A stretch of DNA of 64,000 bases from assembly GCA_951406725.2 (NCBI GenBank), contig OX597834.1, forward strand, positions 12,028,001-12,092,000, in the 5' to 3' direction. Origin of the DNA: Octopus vulgaris. Its lineage: Eukaryota. Under the pieces are notes generated by a model that had not been told where the DNA came from, made no database searches, and worked only from the letters and a program-made list of their open reading frames with translations. Every line of letters begins with the position of its first letter. Within the stretch, counting starts at the first letter, position 1. Positions 17,028-29,067 of the stretch are shown here, in pieces. The position numbers and the translations under genes were made by a program.

Positions 17028-17735
17028 TATATTTATATACGTATGTGTATATTACAGATACTGAATATTGGATTCGTTCTTATCGGAACTATTGCCTGCA
17101 ATGTAGATTTTATAGAGCTTTTATACAATGACAGTATACGGCAGCGAATTGAATTGGATGTCCTTTTATTATTTTTATAAGTTTCGCTCGGCTTTGAGTG
17201 TTTCAATAAGAGATTGTTTACAACTTTCCTGAAACTTCCCAGCTAATCAACTGTTAATTGGTTTTATCTTATGAGAAATATCTCCTGCATTTACAATAGG
17301 CAGAACAGTAATCGGCAGCTGTTGTTGTTGCTACGCTTATTCCTGTTATTGTTGACGCTGACGTTGATTTGGTGCAAATCATTTCTGATCGAATAGATAT
17401 GTATCATCAAAGAGTTTCCAGCAATCACCGTTTCAACTCTTTGTATATCTTAAGCTACATTTTATAGTGCGTTACATTTTGTTTTTTTTTTCATAGCGTG
17501 GCCATAATACTAGCCAAGATGCGAAGAGACGAGATGCGATGCGATGTCTTATAGCTAACACTAGGATCAATCGAATATTTGTGAGTGATGTTGGCTTGAT
17601 GTAACCTTTTGGACGTGGGTTACATAGACTATTTACTCTTCTTATATTTCATACAATGTACTCCATCATTTCTCTTTGAACGTTACTTTACGGTTAAAAA
17701 CATCTCATGTATTCCGTGGAAAAATTACATATATA

Positions 17736-17898
17736 GGCGTTAAGAGTGGCTGTGTGGTAAGTAGCTTGCTTACCAACCACATGGCTTCGGGTTCAATCCT
17801 ACTGCGTGACACCTTGGGCAAGTGTCTTCTGCTATAGCCTCAGGCCGACCAAAGCCTTGTGAGTAGATTTGGTAGATGGAAACTGAAAGAATCCCGTC

Positions 17899-17946
<48 letters not shown>

Positions 17947-18167
17947 TTATATGCCTGTGTTTGTCCCCCCAACATCGCTTGACAACCGATGCTGGTGTGT
18001 TTACGTCCCCGTCACTTAGCGGTTCGGCAAAAGAGACCGATAGAATAAGTACTGGACTTACAAAAGAATAAGTCCCGGGGTTGAGTTGTTCGATTAAAGG
18101 CTGTGCTCCAGCATGGCCGCAGTCAAATGACTGAAACAAGTAAAAGAGTAAAATAGAGTAAAAGAGT
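17736..18167 (+). mobile_element. SINE family A, full length, with internal (TA)n(TG)n
   Basis: A-box/B-box head, CORE-like ACCTTGGGCAAGTG, and (TAAAAGAG)n tail. Confidence 0.92.
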
Positions 18168-19281
18168 ATGTATGAAACATGCATTCCATGATACATCCGC
18201 TACAGATGGAGAAAAGGTTGCACATTTCTGTGAAACTGAGGGCAAACTGTTTTCTAGTTATAAGCTGTGATGCGAAAGAGTCGTCGCTATTATGTTTAAA
18301 AAAGAAATAAAATACCACTCCGTACAAAATACTTTATGGTATTTTTTTTCTTGCTCACTACGTTCTGATTTAAAATATTGCAGATTTCAGCTCTCTCGCT
18401 TATTTTTTTGAGGTTGATAAAATAACTAGTAATTGATTAGAAACGACTTAACCGCCTCAGTTATGACTATGTAATATCCGTTCAGATATCACGTAGGTGA
18501 TATTACACACAGACACAGAGATAATGAGAAAAAAACCCAAACCAAAACACCCACACAGAGACACACACATATATATATAAATATATATATATGGAAAAAA
18601 AGTCAAGATAGAAAATGCTAACGTAATTTTATAAAAAAACAATTCAGTACCGGTTTCAGTCATTGAGACTTTTTCCACTGTAACAATTAAATAATTAAAT
18701 TTAGAAAAAATAAAAGAAAATTAAAAGCAATTAAAAGAAAAGAATATTTGTATAGCGTTCAATTACAAGTGGCATCTTCCTTGTTTCTGCCTGTCTCTGT
18801 CTCTCTTGTTTACTCTTGTGGGTTCGAGATGCACACACACACACTTACTTGCAGTTGGAGATACACATACACACACTTGCACCCACTTCAGAAGAAGGAT
18901 TGATGTATAGTATGAACGCCTGTAATTTTATTAGCTTCACTCATTTTTGAAGAAAACGATTTCCTTATTATCGTAATTATTATTTATTGACAATTGTTAT
19001 TAAGATGTACAAAGAATGATTACTAGCATAATAAATCTTCAATTTTCAAGTGCATAGATTGGAATGGAATTGTAACTAATTTCCACTTGAAAAATACTAG
19101 CAATATAAATAGATAAATATATATTTGTGTATTTGGAGTTATGGATGTGAAGCAATCATATATTTGCTCGCTGTTGCTTTTCAGTCAAATAGGTTGCAAT
19201 AGAACGTGGTAGCCAAATCAGCTATGAAATATAAGCAATACCTCTCGCTTTAAGAAAAAAAAACAGTAGGCCCTACACGAT

Positions 19282-19420
19282 CCCTATTAATCGTTTTCTT
19301 TTTGTTATGATCCCTTTTGATCGAAAACCTACCCCATTTTTTTTTCTTCCAATAAAGGAAGGCTCTACTTTATAATCTGTCCCGTCTGTATTCAGCCCTG
19401 TGTGGCTAATAAAGAAACAC
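19282..19420 (+). mobile_element. 3' fragment of an element sharing the young SINE B tail (candidate partner LINE end)
   Basis: TGTCCCGTCTGTATTCAGCCCTGTGTGGCTAATAAAGAAA resembles the SINE B tail TGTCCCCTCTGTGTTTAGCCCCTTGTGGGTAATAAAGAAA, but the upstream sequence differs. Confidence 0.5.
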
Positions 19421-20073
19421 ATCTAAACAAAGACTGGATAGCCACATTTGGAGAGGAAATTAATTCCTTTTACTAGCTAGACAAAAAAAACTTTAAGAAG
19501 AACAGCAGCAAGCAGCAAAAAGAAATGAAAAGAAAAATGTAATATTTTAACTACATTATATGTTAGGATGTGGAGCTGATGATTTATAAAAGCAGTTGGT
19601 CACCTATAAACTAACCATTTTTCTGCAATAAGTCAGTGTCTGAATGAAGTAAATATTGTGTCGTGTGATTATATTTTATCCCGGATAAGCTCTCATTAAA
19701 GAAGCTGATGATCAAAGACTTAGCTGTTTTCAACATTCTGGATTTTTGTATGTCACAGGTTGCAATTATTAAATATATAACGTGTGTTCATCCTATGTTT
19801 TATTACCAATTATACAGATTTGATCAAGGAGACCTTTCATCAAAGGCTCTATGTTATCAAATATATTCAGGTTATTAAATACATTCAGGTCGATGTCAAA
19901 CAAATTTGTTTCTGAAGATTTATAACGAAGCTCTCTCATTGGTTTCCATAGAGTCTTTCATAAAAAAAGATAGTGTTAAATAGCAAACGGTGATTTTCAT
20001 TGTCGTTTCCTCAATAACAGCAACAGCAACAACAATAATAATTGTGATGATAGTAATAATAATAATAATAATA

Positions 20074-20400
20074 GGGGCTGATAGCTACCTAACTCAGATA
20101 CCAGGAAACCCAAAAATGGCAGAAATTCAAAAGATAGTGCTCATGGGAACTGCTCATATCCTTTGCAAAATACTTTCTATGTAATCTCAAGGTTTAAAAC
20201 AAACAATTTTCGGTTTAAAAAAAAATTTTTTTTTTTTTTAGACATTCATTAGTACAACACCCAAAACTCCCCCCCCCCCAATATATGGCACACTAGGCAT
20301 AACAACAACATGAACTTCCAACCTGTTGTCTCTTGAGGTCTCTGGGTGAGACTTGGAGCCAACTTGTACATATATAAAGCAAAAGTCAAACATAGAATAA
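20074..20400 (+). mobile_element. R4/Dong-clade non-LTR retrotransposon, 5'-truncated 3' end in (TAA)n
   Basis: Translates to GADSYLTQIPGNPKMAEIQKIVLMGTAHILCKILSM*, the QK.VL.GTAHIL.K.L C-terminus typical of R4/Dong restriction-like endonuclease ORFs; (TAA)n on both flanks. Confidence 0.8.
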
Positions 20401-20439
20401 TAATAATAATAATTATTATTATAATTATTATTATTATTA

Positions 20440-20872
20440 CTCGAGATATAAGGCCTCATATTTGTGGGGAGGGGAGTAGTCGATTACATCGACCCCAGAG
20501 TTTCAATAGTACTTAATTTGTTGACCTCTGAGAGGAAAAAAAAAAGCAATGTCTACCTCGATCAAGTTTGAATTTAGAACTTACAAAAGGACAAATTTCC
20601 GCTAAACATTTTGTCCGAAGCTGCATCGATTTTTCCATCTTATCGTCACCCAATAAAAATAGTAAAGTTTGGCACAGACCCAGCGGATTTCGAGGGGAAA
20701 TTGAAGTCGATTACATCAGTACATTTGTTTGACTGTTACTCATTTTATAATCACTAGAGCATTGAAATAAAAAAGCTGATTTGAGCAGAATTTAAACCCA
20801 GGACGTAGAGATAAGTGAAAAGCGTTAGTATTTTCTCTCGTGGTTAAGCGATTCTGCCAGCTCACCGACTTA
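20440..20872 (-). mobile_element. Two tandem degenerate SINE B copies
   Basis: GTCGATTACATC..GTACTTAATT.. and ATTCTGCCAGCTCACC motifs. Confidence 0.7.
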
Positions 20873-20896
20873 ATGGATAATGATGATAACAATAAT

Positions 20897-21260
20897 AACA
20901 AGAGCACTTACAGAGCGCAAGGCAACGCCAGCTTCCTCTCAAAGATAAGCCAGAGATGATTATTTAAAACGAGAATGTCTGAAATAAATTCGACTGCTAT
21001 CACAAACAAGAATAGTAATAATGAATCCGACCGCTCTCAAAATTTAAGTTTAAAAAACCGGAAAAATAATCCAGAATCCTTGTCCGGTATCGGATCAATC
21101 CCAAAATCTAATCAGTCTATGTCAGTCAGGAGGCCAAATATTCCTGAAAGTTTCATCCGAATCCATCCGACGGTTCTACATATATCTTGTCCAAAGTCAA
21201 ACAAACAAACAAACACGATTGCAAACAATACCTCCGCCTTTGCTAAGTCGGAGGTGATAA
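20897..21260. mobile_element. Helentron-associated non-autonomous element (HINE/DINE-1-like)
   Basis: Terminal stem-loop ACCTCCGCCTT-TGCT-AAGTCGGAGGT (21230-21255), adjacent (CAAA)n microsatellite, AAGTTTCATCCGAATCC core and AA/TT termini; a second end fragment lies at 46991-47030. Confidence 0.7.
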
Positions 21261-21267
21261 ATTTTTC

Positions 21268-21705
21268 TACAATTACTACAATGCTTAAAATTTAGGAGAA
21301 GGGGGTCCGTCATTTACATCGTACCTCAGTACTCAGATGGTACGCTATTTCATCGGCCCCGAAAGAATGAAACGCAAATATCGCCTTGGTATTACTTGAA
21401 ATCAGTATATAAAGTCGGACAAAATGCGGCTAAGCATTTTAACCGCCCTGCTAAAGCTTCTAACAGCTCCCTGCCTGTAATAATAAAAATGATGGTTTCA
21501 GATTTTTCATATGTCTAGCAACTTTAGGGTTAGGAGTAAGTTGATTACATCGATCCTAGTGTTCTATTGGTACTAAATTTATCGATCTAAAAGACGAAAT
21601 ACAAAGTCGAACTCGGTAGCATTTGAACACAGGATATAAAGACTGAGGTATTGATGCTAGGTGTTTTGCCCAGCAGGCTAATGATTCTGTCCGTACGCTG
21701 CCCTT
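21268..21705 (-). mobile_element. Two further degenerate SINE B copies
   Basis: Same motifs, separated by an (AAT)-like spacer. Confidence 0.65.
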
Positions 21706-21732
21706 ATGTATTATTATTAATAATAATAATTT

Positions 21733-22002
21733 TGAAGAGTGGAAAAATCAAGCGTATGAACTTTCTAGCGATACCATAGAGGGAGGTTATGAAACAGAGA
21801 GGAGAGACAGGCTATAAGCACATGGGGATATAGAAAATGGATAATTTGATGGAGAAAGAAATGACAGAAAAATTTAAGGTGGAGTACTTGCGCAGACAGA
21901 AACTTATCCTTAAGTCGAAATTAGACGGACAGAATAAGATCTGCTTAGATATGGCGCAGAGGTAATCGCATGGACAGTAGGTGAACTAAACAATGAACTA
22001 AA
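21733..22002 (+). pseudogene. R4/Dong-clade reverse-transcriptase internal fragment
   Basis: Translates with disablements to GETGYKHMGI*KMDNLMEKEMTEKFKVEYLRRQKLILKSKLDGQNKI..LRYGAEVIAWTVGEL, matching the YKYLG..EY.RR..LILKSKLNG.NKI..LRY..W...EL region. Confidence 0.75.
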
Positions 22003-22019
22003 TAATAATAATAATAATT

Positions 22020-22335
22020 AAAAGACGACGAAGAAAAGAAGAAGACGAAGAAAAGAAGAAGACGAAGAAGAAAGAAGAAGAAAAGAAGAAGAAAAGAAGA
22101 AGAAGAAAAGAAGAAGAAGAAGAAGAAGAAGAAGAAGAAGAAGAAGAAGAAGAAGAAGAAGAAGAAAAGAAGAAGAAGAAGAAGAAGAAGAAGAAGAAGA
22201 AAAGAAGAAGAAGAAGAAAAGAAGAAGAAGAAGAAGAAGAAAAGAAGAAGAAGAAGAAGAAGAAAAGAAGAAGAAGAAGAAAAGAAGAAGAAGAAGAAGA
22301 AAAAAGAAGAAAAGAAGAAGAAAAGGAAGAAGAAT
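22020..22335. repeat. (GAA)n polypurine microsatellite
   Basis: Directly visible. Confidence 0.97.
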
Positions 22336-22342
22336 AGAAATA

Positions 22343-22556
22343 GTTTCTACTATATGTACGAGACCTGGAATTTTTGGGGTGGGTGTCTAGTTGGTTATAT
22401 CAACCCCAGTATTTCTCTGATGCTGAATTTATTGACCCGCACAGAATTTAAAGGCAAAGTCAACCGCGGTGTAATTTGAACTCAGTAAGCAATGACGAAT
22501 GAAATGCCGCAAAGGATTTTCGTCCGGCGAGCTAACTACCCAGCCATCTCACCACG
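22343..22556 (-). mobile_element. Degenerate SINE B
   Basis: AAAGGCAAAGTCAACC..ATTTGAACTCAG..GAAATGCCGC. Confidence 0.7.
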
Positions 22557-22959
22557 TTATATAACAACAATAACGACAATAATAATAACAACAACAACAA
22601 TAATAATAATACAGTATGAATATGAAAGTAAGCTGCTATGAAGTAAGGTAGTGAATCATCGGTAATAATATGAAAAGAGTCGGTAGAGACTAATTTCCAA
22701 AGTGAAGCCAACTGCTATATGCACACACCATTACATATTTCGACAGAACAATTGTTCAATTGCTCAATCAATATTAATGCTGGCGAATGTTTTCCACAAG
22801 AATATGAAAATGCAAACAACGATGAAATACAATCAAATAAAAATACACCGAAGGATTGGTGTTATAGTTTAGAAAATCGATTATTGCATTCAGTGTGGTT
22901 TGATTGATGAAATATTTTAGCAAAAATTTCTCTCTCTCTCTCTTCCTCTCCCACCTATA

Positions 22960-23042
22960 TACGTATATATGGACACATACATACATACATAGATGAATAT
23001 GTACGGACGTACATACATATACACATGCATATATACACAAGG

Positions 23043-23090
<48 letters not shown>

Positions 23091-23213
23091 TATACTATAT
23101 ATATATATATATATATATATACAGACACATACATAGATCTGTTTATATATACATGTACATACATATATATATATATATACACAGATACGTACATAGATCT
23201 GTTTATATATAAA

Positions 23214-23244
<31 letters not shown>

Positions 23245-24175
23245 GCGAATGTGTATATGTCTCTATGTGTGTATACATGCATACATATATTTACGCACTC
23301 ACACACACGGCCATATTTATATACACATATATATGCGAATGTGTATATGTCTATGTGTGTATATATGCATATATATATGTGTGTATGTATATATGTATGT
23401 ATGTATATATATATATATATATATAAGTGTGTGTGTATGTATGTGTGTGTGTGTGTATCGAAGTTTCTCTCGGCCAATCGATAAATCGATCTATTATCTA
23501 ACTATCGATCTGTCTATCTATGTGTAACACATGATGTACATACATACATATGTGCATAGAGATTTATGTAACTACAAATTCTAAGAGCATTTGTTTCTGG
23601 TGTATATGGTTTTGTGAGCACACGTCATAGAAAATATGAGCGTAGCATATGTACATTTAGTAAAGCAGTTATTAGTTTTGAAAAGTCTATATTATTTTCT
23701 GTATATTTATGTTTTTACATTTTCTCTATATCAACATGATATCGTTGATTTCTTGATATTAGCAGTCAAACTGTCTCTTCAAATATCAAGTTTTTCGTCT
23801 TCATATTCGCATACAGTTTCTTATTTGATCATACGTATATAGCTCCAGAACACTTCGCGTCACACTTTGTCTTGCTTCTGTTATTTCTATGTATATGTAA
23901 AGTTAAAATAAATGAAATAAAATACAGGAATAGATAATTGAATATATATATACATATATATACATATATACACATATATATGCACATATATACACATATA
24001 TATACATATATACATACACATATATACACATATATACACATATATACACATATATATGCACATATATACACACATATATACATACACATATATATACATA
24101 CATATATATATATACACATATATATACATACATATATATATACACATATATATACATATACATACATATATATAC

Positions 24176-24210
<35 letters not shown>

Positions 24211-24305
24211 CATACATACATATATATACATACATATACATATACATACATACATATACATACATACATATACATACATATACATACATACATATATATA
24301 CATAC

Positions 24306-24342
<37 letters not shown>

Positions 24343-24353
24343 CATATATATAC

Positions 24354-24405
<52 letters not shown>

Positions 24406-24607
24406 AAGCTTGGAAAGAAACATTATTATCAATATTTGTTTCGTATTAACAGAATGAATACAGCAATACCTACTCTGCCAATAAGATTAAAGACAGTATC
24501 GAAAAAATCTACGCATGCGTGTAAACGCACGTACACACATTCATATGCATTTATATATATAATGTATGTATGTATATACACATACACACACACTGATACA
24601 CACATAC

Positions 24608-24638
<31 letters not shown>

Positions 24639-24653
24639 TATATATACATGCAT

Positions 24654-24686
<33 letters not shown>

Positions 24687-24737
24687 CATGCATACACATA
24701 CACACACACACACATATATATATACATGCATACACAT

Positions 24738-24782
<45 letters not shown>
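22960..24782. repeat. Compound (TA)/(CA) microsatellite blocks (22960-23460, 23940-24405, 24550-24782)
   Basis: Directly visible. Confidence 0.95.
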
Positions 24783-24784
<2 letters not shown>

Positions 24785-25152
24785 CCATATTGTTACGGGT
24801 GCATTTGAAAGCATAGTCAATATACTGCAGCAAAGCAGATGCCTAATTTTTCTCATCCACTCCTTGCACGGTTACGTTTGAATTTCAACAGAAAAAAAAT
24901 GTGTTTTGCTAAAATTTATTTTATTTTCACACATATATCAATACAGAGAACTTCACCTATATATTTTATAGGTGTTGGCATTGTTTTGCATTGTTCTGCA
25001 GTAAGAATTTTGTTTCTGAACTACGGAATCCCAGAATCAGTCCCACTGTGTGGCATTCTGGACAAGTGACTACTACTGCAACCCCAGGCAAACCAAACCA
25101 TTTGACCTAAGCAGTAACATAACCCACTTGTAAATATGAATATAGGTGCATG

Positions 25153-25188
<36 letters not shown>

Positions 25189-25730
25189 TAGATAGATATA
25201 TGTACACGAATATATATCAAAGAATTTTTTTACAAATGCAGTGCTCTGAGGAGATAACACCTGAAATGAACCTGAGTTTTTAAATGAGTTTTATAATTAG
25301 GCCCTGATATGTTTTTGCTGTTAGGAATTTCACTTCGTATTCCCGGATTTTGGTTTTCACTTCTACTAGGTGCCATCTTTGGGAAATGATTTCGAATATA
25401 GATTTCCTGTTGAGCAATTCTCAAACGTTTTTGTATAAAGAAATTGCTAAGAAATCTGTCGTACGTGCAAATACGTCTTCTCTATTTACACTCCTTGAAA
25501 TACGTAATTCCATTTTTTTCTCTTACGTAACTTCTGTTTGACCATAAAATCGATAAAATAAGTTTACCTGAACTATGTCAGCGCTCAATATAATTAAAAA
25601 GAGACATCGTAAGCTGCCGTACATCTGTGCGCTTTGAGGCTGAAGACTAGTTAAAAATTATAAAGAGGACAAATATTGCTTTAGTGTTTCTCCATCATAT
25701 AGCTGGTAACATTTTGGAATATAATTTTGT

Positions 25731-26155
25731 TACTCTTTTACTTGTTTTAGTCATTTGACTGTGGCCAAGCTGGAGCACCGCCTTTAGTCAAAGAAATCGA
25801 CCCCAGGACTTATTCTTTGTAAGCCTAGTACTTATTCTATCGGTCACTTTTGCCGAACCGCTAGGTTTAAGGGGCGTAAACACACCAGCATCGGTTGCCA
25901 AGCGATGTTGAGGGACAAACAAAGACACAGAAGCATATACACACTCACAAACATACATGCAAACACATATATATTTATACATGCATATATACGACTGGCT
26001 TGTTTCAGTTTCCTTCAAACAAATCCACTCACAGGGCTTTGGTGGACCCGAGACTATAGTAGAAGACACTTGCCGTAAGTGACACGCAGTGGGACTGAAC
26101 CCAGAACCATGTAGTTGGTAAGCAAGCTACGTACCACAGAGCCACTCCTGTACCT
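25731..26155 (-). mobile_element. SINE family A, full length
   Basis: Reverse complement of the 17736 and 35185 copies. Confidence 0.9.
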
Positions 26156-26204
26156 ATGTAGGCATTATAAATAATTTTACAGTGTGTTTTAACTACAATA
26201 TTGC

Positions 26205-26610
26205 TTTTAAATGTTCGAATGTCCAGTAAGTTTGGGTGAAGGGTTAGTCAATAACATTGCGCTCATCGCTCCAAAGGTACTTATTTTATCGTCCTCCGGA
26301 AAGATGAAAGGCAAGGTAGACCTCGAGGAAATTTGAACTCAGAACGTAATGACGGACGGCATACCGCGAACTACTTTGTCTGGCGTGCTAACGATTCTGC
26401 CAGCGTACCACCTAACATACATTATCATAATACTGATGTCAAAAATGTGTACAAGCCCAGCAATTTCGCGGAAGGAGTAGTACATTAAAGCGAACGTAGT
26501 GAACAATTGGTACATATTATATCGACCCTGAAATAATAAAAGACAAAGTCGACCTCGGCGTTATTTGAACTAAGAACGTTTTCCTTTGTACAACTCGCTA
26601 ACGGTTCCCC
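26205..26610 (-). mobile_element. Two tandem old SINE B copies
   Basis: GATGAAAGGCAAGGTAGACCTCG..ATTTGAACTCAGAACGT and AAAGTCGACCTCGGCG..ATTTGAACT. Confidence 0.75.
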
Positions 26611-27757
26611 CATATCAACAACCTATGATATTAAGTTATATTGATATACGTTTTCAAATTTCTAATTGTGCGTATGAAAATTAATTTTTCGAATTGAATG
26701 TATTTATAACGTAAAGTGAAATTTAATAAAACAAGTTCTTCAATTGTATATTTGTAGTAAATATATTAGTAATAACACTAATACTATTTAACAATGAATA
26801 AATTACACATATAAGTTATCGATTATTTCCTATGCGCTAACATGACATTTTTAACTTGAATATATAATCAACGATGAGAATGGGTGATATACCGATGTGA
26901 TACATTATAATGACAACATTCTATGTGGGTGGCCAGTACAATTCTCCTGTATAGATATTTGGAAATCTGTCACAAGAGATTAGATATTCCTGACATATTT
27001 TTCGTTTCCTGAAATAGTAAACTGTTCGCGAAATATACAGTTTTATCGATCCATCATAGCTTTTATCTCTTTGTCTTCTTGTTTATCTCTTCTTGCCTCT
27101 TTGAGATATTAGTCTGTGGCAATGCTGGGGCACTTATGTGAAAAATTTCAGTCCAAAGAAACGACTGCAGTACTAATAATCTTTTTAAAAGCCTGCAATT
27201 CATTCTATCACTTTCTTTTAACGAATCGCTAAAATATTGGGACTCAAAGAAGCCAAAGCTGGTCCTCAAGCGGTGATAGGTGGCGTAAACAGACTCATAC
27301 ACACGCCCACACCAATACACATACATATGTATATGCAAGTAGATCTCATAATTAGAGACTGAAAGATTGCTTTAAGACACATGGCGTATTTTATAAAAAA
27401 TGCCTATCCAAGAACCATAACAGTATGAAATTATTAGTAGCTCCTTCAGTTGTATATTCAATTTGATATATACATGTATTATTCATAATTGTGTACCGTT
27501 TTTTGTATTTTGTATTTGTTGCTATACACATTTGCTAGCTTACTTATAAAGGGGTCTAATGCCCTTAGACTTTTTTGTAGGGCAACCAGATCGAACCGTC
27601 TCAAGTCTAACTGCCCGAAATGGTCGTGACTTCTGGATTTTGACTGAGGAAAGAAAGTCACGAATTGTTTTGCCTGTCCTAACTGTTTTCTTTCTTGTCC
27701 GCCTTTGTATCTTCTATCTGTCCGAATATTTTAATGTTCTCTATTGCGTTTTTGTCA

Positions 27758-27799
<42 letters not shown>

Positions 27800-27864
27800 C
27801 ACATACATATACACACATACATACACATACATACACACAAACATACACACATATATATATATAT

Positions 27865-28004
27865 TAAGTTGTCCCAGAAGTTCGTAAACACTTGCGAAAA
27901 TTGAATTTTTACTCGCCAAGTACTAACAAAAACAATAAAAATTATTCCTCAAAAGAAAGACCATTATTTTCCAAGACTTTCTATGAACTTTTGGGACAAC
28001 CTTA
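27865..28004. mobile_element. Tc1/mariner-type MITE in a TA tract
   Basis: Terminal inverted repeats TAAGTTGTCCCAGAAGTTCGTA / TATGAACTTTTGGGACAACCTTA with TA flanks; 140 bp. Confidence 0.75.
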
Positions 28005-28033
28005 TATATATATATATATATATAATATATATA

Positions 28034-28263
28034 AGGCGGCGAGCTGGTAGAAACGTTAGCACGCCGGGCAAAATTCGTAGCCGTATTTCGTCTGTCGTTA
28101 CGTTCCGAGTTCAAATTCCGCCGAGGTCGACTTTGCCTTTCATCCTTTCGGGGTCGATAAATTAAGTACCAGTTACGCACTGCGTCGATGTAGTCGACTT
28201 AATCCCTTTGTCTGTCCTTGTTTGTCCCCTCTGTGTTTAGCCCCTTGTGGGTAGTAAAGAAAT
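28034..28263 (+). mobile_element. SINE family B, young full-length copy
   Basis: Complete head, Nin-like domain and tail ending TAAAGAAAT. Confidence 0.92.
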
Positions 28264-28683
28264 ATATATTTATATAATAATAATATTGTCTTCGTCTTTT
28301 GTTTGCTGTAAATTTGAAATACACACAGAAACACACACACACACACACATATATATATACACATAGAAATACTTGAATTTTAAGCAATGGATAATGTAGA
28401 TTTTATTTGTAAGTGGAGGGTCCTCTTGCTGGAAATACCAATTAAATATTGTAATGTTTTTCTGGTTCTTTATTTTATTAAATCGAAACTTGTAACTTGC
28501 CGAGTTCATCACTGCACTTCAGGAATCAAGATTCGATAAAAGAAATTAATAGTCACATTTGCCAGTAATAACTTTCCCCATACCAATTTTTGCCTGTTAC
28601 AATGTGTTATCGGTATCTGCAATTACGTTGACCTCCGATAAGCTGGAACAACATAAATAAGAGAAACCATTGCTATCATAGAT

Positions 28684-29067
28684 ACTCTTTACTCTTTACT
28701 CTTTTACTTGTTTCAGTCATTTGACTGCGGCCATGCTAGAGCACCGCCTTTAGTCGAGCAACTCGACCCCGGGACTTATTCTTTGTAAGCCCAGTACTTA
28801 TTCTATCGGTCTCTTTTGCCGAACCGCTAAGTTACGGGGACGTAAACACACCAGCATCGGTTGTCAAGCAATGCTAGGGAGACAAACACAGACACACAAA
28901 CACACACACATGCACATATATATATATATACATACATATATACGACAGGCTTCCTTCAGTTTCCGTCTACCAAATCCACTCACAAGGCATTGGTCGGCCC
29001 GGGGCTATAGCAGAAGACACTTGCCCAAGATGCCACGCAGTTGGACTGAACCCGGAACCACGTGGTT
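28684..29067 (-). mobile_element. SINE family A, slightly 5'-truncated
   Basis: High identity to 35185-35625. Confidence 0.9.
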
